Positions 25,722 to 33,542 of a stretch of DNA of 54,441 bases are shown here, in pieces; position 1 is the stretch's first letter; each line of letters begins with the position of its first letter. The notes beneath the pieces are model-generated. The model was not told where the DNA came from, did no database searches, and worked only from the letters and a program-made list of their open reading frames with translations. The translations under genes and the position numbers were made by a program. This stretch comes from Candidatus Aenigmatarchaeota archaeon (GTDB lineage: Archaea > Aenigmatarchaeota > Aenigmatarchaeia > Aenigmatarchaeales > JAHLMS01): NCBI GenBank assembly GCA_018920245.1, contig JAHLMS010000001.1, positions 9,431 through 63,871 on the forward strand, given 5' to 3'.

Positions 25722-25842
25722 GGCCCTCGTAGTCTAGCTTGGATAGGACATGAGGTTGCGGGCATTTTTTGCACTTTGCGCAAAACCTGCATTGAAAGGC
25801 AAAAACCTCAGGACCTGGGTTCGAATCCCAGCGAGGGCACCA
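25722..25842 (+). tRNA. tRNA-Arg(GCG) with an intron of about 44 nt at the canonical 37/38 position (about 25761..25804). CCA is encoded.
   Basis: The acceptor is GCCCUCG/CGAGGGC, the D arm GUCU/GGAC, the anticodon stem UGAGG/CCUCA with loop UUGCGG...A, and the T arm CUGGG-UUCGAAU-CCCAG. Confidence 0.75.
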
Positions 25843-25853
25843 ACAAACTTTAT

Positions 25854-26483
25854 ATGCATGTTTTTGCAAGGCTTCTCATGGTCTTCCCAGAAATAGCGAC
25901 GATATTGTCTGGCATAGCCGGCTTTGTAATGTTTTTCAACCGCAATCCTAAAAGGAATCCGCCTAAGTTGAATGACATTGTGGTTTCGCCGGCTGATGGT
26001 AAACTGTGCAAGCCTTTCAAGGTCAGTTCGATAAGCAAACTGTTCGGTGCAACATCCAACAGCATAAAAAAACTAGATAAAGACGGGCCACATATGGTAA
26101 TTCCAATAAATCTGTCATTAATGGACGTGCATGTCACACGCTCGCCTTGCAGGGCCAAGGTAATTGATGTGATACATCAGAAGGGCAGGTTCTTGCCGGC
26201 TATATGCAAGTCTGCGCTCGAAAAGAACCAGCGCAATATAATAGTGATGAAATCCAAGGGTGTATATTTTGCTGTCGTACAGAGCACTGGTGCACTAGCC
26301 AGGCGCGTGCGATGCTGGGTAGCTCCAGGGGAGTCCGTTGCCACAGGTCAGACAATAGGTCGTATTCTGTTAGGTTCGAACACATCCTTGATAATACCTG
26401 TCAAACATTTCAGATATTCGGAGCCTTACCACAAGCGCGTCAGAGCAGGCGAAACGATAATCGGAGTCATTAAAAAGGGTTGA
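25854..26483 (+). CDS. asd: Archaetidylserine (phosphatidylserine) decarboxylase proenzyme
   Basis: VVSPADGK, and the self-cleavage motif region RILLGSNTSLIIP. The start was chosen at MHVFARLL, after the tRNA. Confidence 0.75.
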   Translation: MHVFARLLMVFPEIATILSGIAGFVMFFNRNPKRNPPKLNDIVVSPADGKLCKPFKVSSISKLFGATSNSIKKLDKDGPHMVIPINLSLMDVHVTRSPCRAKVIDVIHQKGRFLPAICKSALEKNQRNIIVMKSKGVYFAVVQSTGALARRVRCWVAPGESVATGQTIGRILLGSNTSLIIPVKHFRYSEPYHKRVRAGETIIGVIKKG

Positions 26484-26487
26484 TGTA

Positions 26488-27039
26488 TTGTATAAGATTT
26501 CTCGGCACATAACAGTTGCTGACTGGATATCACTGACAGCGGCGCTCCTCGGCTTTGCGGCATTGTTGTTAATAGTCCTTGGATATGCTGCTCTTGCTGC
26601 ACTGGCAATGGTCATTGCTGCAATTGCAGACTATCTCGACGGTCGAATAGCGCGTAGGCTCGGTGGCAGCCATGATTGGGGCAAACAGGTTGATTCGTTG
26701 TGCGATGTGGTTGCGTTCGCCGTTGCGCCGGCGTTCCTTGCATGGTCGATAATAGCATCTGGTGCAGCCAGCTATAGTTTGGGCCTCGCGGTCACCCTTG
26801 GTTTCATGTTCCCAGCCATGGTAATAGTTGCAGGTATCCTGCGTCTGGCACGTTACAACATTTCGACTATACGAGGCCTGTATGTCGGTATGCCGATAAC
26901 AATGAACGGCATCATATTTCCAGTTGTATGGCTTGCAACCTTTGGTTTGAGTATAGAAATTAGCGCTGTCATTATGGCAGCAACCTGTGTTGCATCCTCT
27001 GTATTGATGGTTAGCAATTTCATCATACGAAAGAGATAA
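26488..27039 (+). CDS. pssA: CDP-alcohol phosphatidyltransferase, probable archaetidylserine synthase
   Basis: DYLDGRIARRLGGSHDWGKQVDSLCDVVAF matches the D-G-x2-A-R...G-x3-D-x3-D motif. The apparent start codon is TTG. Confidence 0.75.
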   Translation: MYKISRHITVADWISLTAALLGFAALLLIVLGYAALAALAMVIAAIADYLDGRIARRLGGSHDWGKQVDSLCDVVAFAVAPAFLAWSIIASGAASYSLGLAVTLGFMFPAMVIVAGILRLARYNISTIRGLYVGMPITMNGIIFPVVWLATFGLSIEISAVIMAATCVASSVLMVSNFIIRKR

Positions 27040-27070
27040 AAGGTCAGCCGATAATTCTGGTCTGATAGGA

Positions 27071-27610
27071 ATGGATATCTGGGTAGAGCTTGTTGGTGCA
27101 CTGTGGTTACTGATACCTGCCTATGCCGCCAACGGATGGCCGCCGCTTGCGCGTGGCAAGATACCAATAGATGGCGGACGAATGTTTTACGATGGCAAGC
27201 GTATCTTCGGTGATAGCAAAACAGTAGAAGGCTTCACAGTCGGTGTTGCCGCCGGAACATTTTACGGCGTGATAGAAAGTTACCTTTATCCGAGCTTCAA
27301 CATTTATGCTGGAATGTGGGGTGCTTCACTTCCTTTCATGTCACCATTCGTCGGATTCATGATAGCGCTTGGGGCAATGGTAGGCGATCTTACAGGCGCA
27401 TTCATAAAGAGACGCTTAGGAATGCTGCCTGGTGCCAATGCACCAGTTCTCGACCAGCTCAACTTCATTGTAGGTGCTATAATTTTCAGCTTTGCCTTTA
27501 CCCAGATAAGCCTCTTCATGGCAATAATCATGCTGGTGCTAACACCTCTCATTCACAGGACCGTTTGCATCATTGGATATGCGCTGCATTTCAAGAAAAC
27601 GCCATGGTAG
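27071..27610 (+). CDS. carS: CDP-archaeol synthase
   Basis: LLIPAYAANGWPPL, GDSKTVEG and GDLTGAFIKRRLG are typical of DUF46/CarS. Confidence 0.85.
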   Translation: MDIWVELVGALWLLIPAYAANGWPPLARGKIPIDGGRMFYDGKRIFGDSKTVEGFTVGVAAGTFYGVIESYLYPSFNIYAGMWGASLPFMSPFVGFMIALGAMVGDLTGAFIKRRLGMLPGANAPVLDQLNFIVGAIIFSFAFTQISLFMAIIMLVLTPLIHRTVCIIGYALHFKKTPW

Positions 27611-28090
27611 CTAGCTGAAATAGCCCAATACCCAATGTATTCCAAAGTATCCCGCAAGCGCAACAACAATGTAGCGTACGGTCTTTCCTCCTAGTGCGGC
27701 AAGATAGAATTTCTTCGCATCGTAGTGTATGCCTCCAGCGAATAGGCCCATGATATCGAAAGGCACTATCGGTATTGCGCCAACAAAAAATATCACGAGC
27801 CAGCCCTTATACTTTTGGAAAAGTTGCTCGAGCTCATGTATCTGCTTCTTGTATTTTTTCTCCAGTATATGCTCACCGCCCCTGGCTATCCAATATGAAA
27901 CCATCTCACCTGTTGCGGAACCCACACCGGCAGCTATGCCTACTCCTATAGGATTGAGCTTCGCGGCAGCCAAGAAGACGAGCAATGAAAGAGGAAAGGT
28001 AGGAAGGAATACGCTCATTGTAGAAGCGGCAGCAACAACTGCAATGCCGAAATAACCGTATGTGCCTATGGCATAATTCGCCCATGTCAT
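27611..28090 (-). CDS. DedA/VTT-domain membrane protein
   Basis: It is a small polytopic protein containing GSATGEMVSYWIARGG. Confidence 0.6.
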   Translation of the reverse strand: MTWANYAIGTYGYFGIAVVAAASTMSVFLPTFPLSLLVFLAAAKLNPIGVGIAAGVGSATGEMVSYWIARGGEHILEKKYKKQIHELEQLFQKYKGWLVIFFVGAIPIVPFDIMGLFAGGIHYDAKKFYLAALGGKTVRYIVVALAGYFGIHWVLGYFS

Positions 28091-28109
28091 GAATTCTTCA
28101 ATCGTACGC

Positions 28110-28679
28110 TCACCTCAATGAGCACCAAAGCGTTGCAAAACGCTGGCCAAATGTTATTGCAGACAACACCACCACTATTATAACAATCAAAAGCAACGAG
28201 CCCGGCCATAGAACTTCTGCAGCTGATCCGATGGCCAGTAGCAAGAGCCTGTCGGCGCGGCCAAGCAATCCCGCATACAACCGCTTTTCTGTCAAGGCCT
28301 GTGCCTCTGTTCCAATAAAACTCACAAGAAGTATGATTACCAATGCCTGCAACCCTATCAGCATGTTAACAAAGCCCCCGGCTATTATACCGGCGATTAT
28401 CGCGATATCCGCCAGCCTGTCCGTGGTATGGTCAAGAAGATCGCCACGCTTGCTTTTGCCGTAACGCAAAGCTATTTCTCCGTCCAGTATATCCAGAAAG
28501 CCATTAAGGAAGATTAGCAGCGCAGCGAACAGCAACATCTGTTGCCACAAGGCAAGGCCGGCCGCAATTGCCACAAGCAGAGCAAGCAGCGTGACCTTGT
28601 TAGGATTTACCTTGAAAATGAACGGCTTCAGCAGTTTATGCCTCAAGCCCGGCCAACGCGTGTTAATCCATTGTAGCAT
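28110..28679 (-). CDS. CDP-alcohol phosphatidyltransferase (second copy; head-group specificity unknown)
   Basis: DILDGEIALRYGKSKRGDLLDHTTDRLAD. The start was chosen at MLQWIN (28679). The 107-codon upstream extension in the ORF track overlaps pth2 and looks non-coding. Confidence 0.7.
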   Translation of the reverse strand: MLQWINTRWPGLRHKLLKPFIFKVNPNKVTLLALLVAIAAGLALWQQMLLFAALLIFLNGFLDILDGEIALRYGKSKRGDLLDHTTDRLADIAIIAGIIAGGFVNMLIGLQALVIILLVSFIGTEAQALTEKRLYAGLLGRADRLLLLAIGSAAEVLWPGSLLLIVIIVVVLSAITFGQRFATLWCSLR

Positions 28680-28732
28680 AGATTTTGTTGTGCATAGGTC
28701 AAATATATAAGCTGCTCCGCTAAAGGCAAAGC

Positions 28733-29071
28733 ATGAAACAAGCCATAGTGGTGCGCACAGACCTAAAGATGGGTAAGGGCAAACTTGCCGCACAATGTGC
28801 ACATGCGAGCATCGCCGCCTTCCTCCGTGCCAGTGAAATAGTCCGTGAACGATGGCTCGGTGAGGGCATGGCAAAGGTCGTTCTGAAGGTCTCAAGTGAG
28901 GGCGAACTGAGAAAAATACTTTCCGCCGCAAAACGTGCAAGATTGCCAGCCGAAATGATAATCGACCGCGGCCTGACCCAGCTCGAGCCAGGAACACCAA
29001 CTGCTGTTGGAATCGGACCTGCCGAGGATGAAACCGTAGATAAGATAACTGGTAAGCTGAAACTGTTGTGA
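28733..29071 (+). CDS. pth2: Peptidyl-tRNA hydrolase, archaeal type
   Basis: MKQAIVVRTDLKMGKGKLAAQCAHAS... Confidence 0.9.
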   Translation: MKQAIVVRTDLKMGKGKLAAQCAHASIAAFLRASEIVRERWLGEGMAKVVLKVSSEGELRKILSAAKRARLPAEMIIDRGLTQLEPGTPTAVGIGPAEDETVDKITGKLKLL

Positions 29072-29075
29072 TAAC

Positions 29076-29876
29076 ATGGACATAGCCGCATGGATTATGG
29101 CAAACTATATAGTTCCACTCTGCAAGTACTACACGCCCGCGGGCACATTGACATACGGGTTGATACTTGTCGTCGCAGTTGCTGGCCTATACAAGCTGTT
29201 GCAAAAGCTACACATAAAGATTGATAGGAATTTTTTTCTCGGCCTGCTGCCGTTCATAATTTACGGCGGCTGGACGCGTGCACTGCATGACCATGGCCTG
29301 GGAATTTATGGAAGTGGTGCATGGTGGTGGTGCAGCCCACCAATATATTTTCTAATTGCGGGCGTGGCATTGGCTAGCTTGTTTGCAGGCATATTGCTTC
29401 AGAAACATGCGAAAATAAAATATTACTACGTTCTGCTTATTGTTGGTGCAGCACTGTTGATATACAATATAACATTGACAACAATATCGAACTTGTTCGC
29501 TGTTGGTATAATCGCTGCACTAGTTGGTTTTTTTGCAGCTGTTTTCTTTGGGTTCCATTATTTCAGACCGAAATTGCTCTCACTTGAGAATGCTGGCATA
29601 GTTGTCGCGCACATGCTGGATGCATCATCAAGCTTCGTAGCAATCCAGTTCTTCGGCTATTATGAGCAGCATGTCCTGCCCAGTTTTCTTATAGGCCTGA
29701 CAGGACCGTGGATAATGTTTCCGCTGAAAATGATAGTCGTACTGGCTGTGCTGTTAGCGATCGACAAATATTCTGATGACAAATTCTTCAACAACTTTCT
29801 GAAGATCGTCATACTGATACTCGGGCTGGCACTCGGAGTGCGAGACTTTTTAACCGTTGGTATGCTAGCTGTTTGA
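29076..29876 (+). CDS. DUF63-like polytopic membrane protein
   Basis: It has seven or more hydrophobic segments. The N-terminal pattern resembles archaeal DUF63. Confidence 0.5.
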   Translation: MDIAAWIMANYIVPLCKYYTPAGTLTYGLILVVAVAGLYKLLQKLHIKIDRNFFLGLLPFIIYGGWTRALHDHGLGIYGSGAWWWCSPPIYFLIAGVALASLFAGILLQKHAKIKYYYVLLIVGAALLIYNITLTTISNLFAVGIIAALVGFFAAVFFGFHYFRPKLLSLENAGIVVAHMLDASSSFVAIQFFGYYEQHVLPSFLIGLTGPWIMFPLKMIVVLAVLLAIDKYSDDKFFNNFLKIVILILGLALGVRDFLTVGMLAV

Positions 29877-29877
29877 T

Positions 29878-31020
29878 ATGTTCACAAAATCACCAGGCAT
29901 CGGTGGCAGGATCAGGCAACGTATAGAAGATTTCCAAGTGGACGAGCTGCCCAAATCGAGTCCGCCCGGCGATGAGTACACGATATTCTGGCTTGAGAAG
30001 TTCAACTGGGACACACATCGTGCGATAAGGGCAATAGCAGACAGACTGCACGTAAGCGAGAAGCGGTTCGGCATCGCAGGCACGAAGGACCGACGCGCGG
30101 TCACAAGGCAGCGCGTCTCGGTCTGGAAGATAGAGCCCGAACAGCTGGAACGCCTGCAAATACGCGGGCTCAAACTGTACAATTTTTCAAAATCAGCAGA
30201 ACGGATAAATCTGGGAGACCTTGAAGGCAACAAGTTCATAATAATTATACGTGACATAAATCTTACTAAGGAAGAAACAGAAAGCAGATTGAAGAAGCTA
30301 TTCATCGAACTCGAAAAGGGCATCCCTAACCTGTTTGGCTCGCAGCGGTTCGGAGAGGTCCGCGCGGTCACCGCTGACGTCGGCAGGGCGATAATAAAAG
30401 GTGATTTGGAGGGTGCAGTGAAAATCTATCTTACCAAGGTATTCGAAGACGAGCCTGATGACGCGAAGATTGCAAGAAATTTTTTGGCTGAAAATTGGGG
30501 TTCTCGTGAGGCATATCTTAAGGCATTGGAGATGTTTCCTAAGCGACTACATTTCGAGCGGACAATGCTGGATGCGCTCGTAAAAACACCGACAGACTTT
30601 GCAGGTGCCCTGAGAAAACTGCCCAAGCGCTTGAGAAAGATGTTCATCAACGCAGTGCAAGCCGAGCTGTTTAACTCCGCAGTGAGCTGGTACGTCAAGA
30701 CTTTTGGACTTGAGCAGAGAGATGTGCCGCTTGTCGGCTATGATACTGTGTTGAACATGGAAGACCCGCTTCATAAAAAAATCTCGGAACTTATGGCTGA
30801 ACAACAGTTGTCCATCGAACAGTTTAGGTTGCCACACTCGCCCGAGCTATCAACTACTGGAGGCACAAGAAAGATGCTCCTATTGCCTCGTAATTTGAGG
30901 ATTATGGAAATAGTCGATGATGATTTCAATCCAGGAAAAAAATCTGCCAAGATTTCTTTCGAATTGCCATCAGGCTGCTATGCTTCCGTAGTGCTTTCAG
31001 AAATCATGAAGAGCAGTTGA
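29878..31020 (+). CDS. truD: tRNA pseudouridine(13) synthase
   Basis: IEDFQVDE, and GIAGTKDRRAVTRQ containing the catalytic Asp motif. Confidence 0.85.
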   Translation: MFTKSPGIGGRIRQRIEDFQVDELPKSSPPGDEYTIFWLEKFNWDTHRAIRAIADRLHVSEKRFGIAGTKDRRAVTRQRVSVWKIEPEQLERLQIRGLKLYNFSKSAERINLGDLEGNKFIIIIRDINLTKEETESRLKKLFIELEKGIPNLFGSQRFGEVRAVTADVGRAIIKGDLEGAVKIYLTKVFEDEPDDAKIARNFLAENWGSREAYLKALEMFPKRLHFERTMLDALVKTPTDFAGALRKLPKRLRKMFINAVQAELFNSAVSWYVKTFGLEQRDVPLVGYDTVLNMEDPLHKKISELMAEQQLSIEQFRLPHSPELSTTGGTRKMLLLPRNLRIMEIVDDDFNPGKKSAKISFELPSGCYASVVLSEIMKSS

Positions 31021-31666
31021 TGAGCTGTTGTAGTTCTTCCTTTGTCCTTAGGCCAACCAGCACCTTATCGTTCAACAGAATGCTCGGCGCGCTCGTCACA
31101 TTATATTCTGCGGCTACAAGGGAAACCGTGCCTATGTTCATATCAAGAGGTATGGGAATAAGGAGTAGCTGGGGACCGCATGTCTCTTTTATCTCGGCCA
31201 GGACAGCAGACTGTGCCTTCTGAATTGCCATCAGGCTCTCGTCGTAATGGCTATAAAAATATACAAGCGTTTGATAGCTCGCATTGCATGACTCTTTCAG
31301 TGCGATACTGTTCAGCCAGAACTGCAATTGGAGCAATGCGTAATGCCTTTTTTCTTGAACAAGTTCGGGTGCAAACCTGTCAACAGCCTCATAGCGCTCG
31401 ATGAGAAGGCCTTCTTTGTATATCCTGTCATTGAACTCGAAATTGTTCTTTATGGCAGAGTCACAGAATCTGCTATCCATACTGGCGTGCAGTTGATAAT
31501 ACAGTGATGTCAGACGAGCGTCGTTCCATTGAAGGTCTATGTCCATAAGCCTAGAACGCGTAGCAGCCACCCGCTGTTCATCGAGCCAGATACCGAGACT
31601 TAAACCTGCGATGAACACTATCGCTGCAAGTATGCCCGCTTTCCACAGGATGTCCTTCTGCATCAA
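31004..31666 (-). CDS. Membrane-anchored hypothetical protein
   Basis: It has an N-terminal TM helix. Its start overlaps the stop of the GT2 gene by 4 nt. Confidence 0.4.
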   Translation of the reverse strand: MMQKDILWKAGILAAIVFIAGLSLGIWLDEQRVAATRSRLMDIDLQWNDARLTSLYYQLHASMDSRFCDSAIKNNFEFNDRIYKEGLLIERYEAVDRFAPELVQEKRHYALLQLQFWLNSIALKESCNASYQTLVYFYSHYDESLMAIQKAQSAVLAEIKETCGPQLLLIPIPLDMNIGTVSLVAAEYNVTSAPSILLNDKVLVGLRTKEELQQLINCSS

Positions 31667-32916
31667 TTAACCCCCGAATAGCTGCGCCAGCTGTGCTCGC
31701 GCCTGAATAAATAGCGCAGTGATGACTGAAAAAGATTTATTGGAAAGATGGCTATGTATACGCCCAGATAAAGCAGCATGTCAGGTATGCCTTTTAGTCC
31801 GCCTATAGGCTTTTTGACTTCCCTCAGGCTCACACAAACCCATATTATGCTAAGAATGAATATTATGATACCAAAAATCGTGAATATGTCCGGGAGCAAC
31901 ATGAAGTCTGAAAAATACATGGGGTTTGCTCCAGCTGCCACCGCGAACCAGCTGAACTGTACAAAGGTCCATATGGATTTTATCAACATGTAACCGAAAA
32001 CGAACAGGCCGAGCATGGATAGTATATAGCTCGCTGAGAAGAATGGCAGCACAAAATTGCCAAGTGCGCCAAAGCCCTGTTTAAACATAGTGTGTTTGTA
32101 CTTGAGCGTGGTTTGGATGCCGCCGATGTTCCAGCGCATACGCTGTCTCCACCAGTTCCTGAATGTGGCCGGCGCCGTTGTTTCGACTTCTGCACACGTG
32201 GCCATCTTTATAGTCCAACCCGCATGCATTATTCGCCACGCTATCTCAATATCCTCGGTTATGTTATTTTCATCAAACCCACCAAGTTCCCGCAAAACTC
32301 TTGTTCGATAGATGGATAACGGGCCTGGCGTAACATAAATGGAATCCAAGAATTCCAGAAGCTTGCGTGCCCAGACTATCATTATGTATTCTATCCTCTG
32401 GAGGCGCTGCACGATGTTGCGTGGCTCACGAACGAAAATGGAAGTGGTCACGGCAGCTACGTTCGGTTCTGAAAAGAACGGCACTGCCTTGATTAGCGAA
32501 TCCGGTGCTGGTCTGCTATCGCTATCTATGCATGCGACGAGTTCTCCTTTCACCTCTTTCAAACCAGCATTGAGCGCCGAGGCCTTCCCACCATTTTGTT
32601 TCTGTATCAGCTTGACGCCCTGAAAGCCCTTGACAACCGCTGCAGTTCCATCCGTGCTGCCGTCATCTACTACCAAGATTTCTAGCTTATCGGGAGGATA
32701 TTGCAGCCTTTTTATGGCCTCCAACGTGCCGGCTATAGTCTTCTCTTCATTGTACGCAGGCACTATTATAGAAACAGTTGGCAGAACGGTCATGACAGGC
32801 GCAGTTCGGAGTTGTGTGCGATTGCGCACATACAACAGAAAGAACATAAAGAACATGTAGAGGGATATGGCTGCAAACAAAAGATAGGCGATGTCTACCC
32901 ATAGCACTGTGGACAT
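31663..32916 (-). CDS. Family 2 glycosyltransferase, membrane-embedded processive type
   Basis: IIVPAYNEE, VVDDGSTDGT, CIDSDS and QRMRWNIGG (the QxxRW motif), plus multiple C-terminal TM helices. Confidence 0.8.
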   Translation of the reverse strand: MSTVLWVDIAYLLFAAISLYMFFMFFLLYVRNRTQLRTAPVMTVLPTVSIIVPAYNEEKTIAGTLEAIKRLQYPPDKLEILVVDDGSTDGTAAVVKGFQGVKLIQKQNGGKASALNAGLKEVKGELVACIDSDSRPAPDSLIKAVPFFSEPNVAAVTTSIFVREPRNIVQRLQRIEYIMIVWARKLLEFLDSIYVTPGPLSIYRTRVLRELGGFDENNITEDIEIAWRIMHAGWTIKMATCAEVETTAPATFRNWWRQRMRWNIGGIQTTLKYKHTMFKQGFGALGNFVLPFFSASYILSMLGLFVFGYMLIKSIWTFVQFSWFAVAAGANPMYFSDFMLLPDIFTIFGIIIFILSIIWVCVSLREVKKPIGGLKGIPDMLLYLGVYIAIFPINLFQSSLRYLFRREHSWRSYSGVN

Positions 32917-33474
32917 TCACTCGAGCTCCATCATTACCATAAGCAGCCTGTCTGCCGCAAGGTCAAGGTCTGTCCATGTGCGGTTGACCTCTGAAAAGTC
33001 TGGACCCTCGACGATTATAATGCCCCTGTCAACAGAAACTGCTGTCTGGTTTGCACCTGCACCTGGACCGCGCATCCATATTATAAGCTCATCACGCGCA
33101 GGTTGTTGCGGTGTTTCGTTCAAAGGCATATCGCGTATTGCCGGTACTCTGCCAAGCATGGCCTTGTAGGCAGCTGTTAGCTTGTAGGCTAGCTCATAAC
33201 CGGTGACAGCATAGAAGCCGTTCTCGGTTTCATTGGGTATGTAGGCAAGATAGACCCAGTTAACCTGCGGGTCGCGCAAGGTCGCCAAGAGCACAGTTTC
33301 GTTGGGATAGACTGGCACTTTCGCGGCCTCATCCAAGTCTGCCCTGAATGTTATTAGTTTGCCGCCAAAGAGACGTTGGTTCGATGCCTGTTTATGAATA
33401 CAACCGGAAAAAATTAAGAGAATGAGCACTAGTATTATCAGAATGTATGTTTTCGTACATCTTATGTTTCTCAT
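32917..33474 (-). CDS. Secreted or lipobox-bearing hypothetical protein
   Basis: It has a signal-like N-terminus ending LLIFSGC. Its stop abuts the GT2 start. Confidence 0.4.
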   Translation of the reverse strand: MRNIRCTKTYILIILVLILLIFSGCIHKQASNQRLFGGKLITFRADLDEAAKVPVYPNETVLLATLRDPQVNWVYLAYIPNETENGFYAVTGYELAYKLTAAYKAMLGRVPAIRDMPLNETPQQPARDELIIWMRGPGAGANQTAVSVDRGIIIVEGPDFSEVNRTWTDLDLAADRLLMVMMELE

Positions 33475-33542
33475 ATTCTATCAGCTAGGTTATGAAATTG
33501 AAAAAATATAAAGGCGGGGGCGAAAGCCCCCGAAAATGGTTT

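Noticed and set aside
28680-29000. A 107-codon N-terminal extension of the CDP-alcohol transferase ORF
   Set aside because: The extension is Arg/His/Cys-rich and overlaps the pth2 gene on the other strand. The conserved domain begins right after the internal ATG at 28679.
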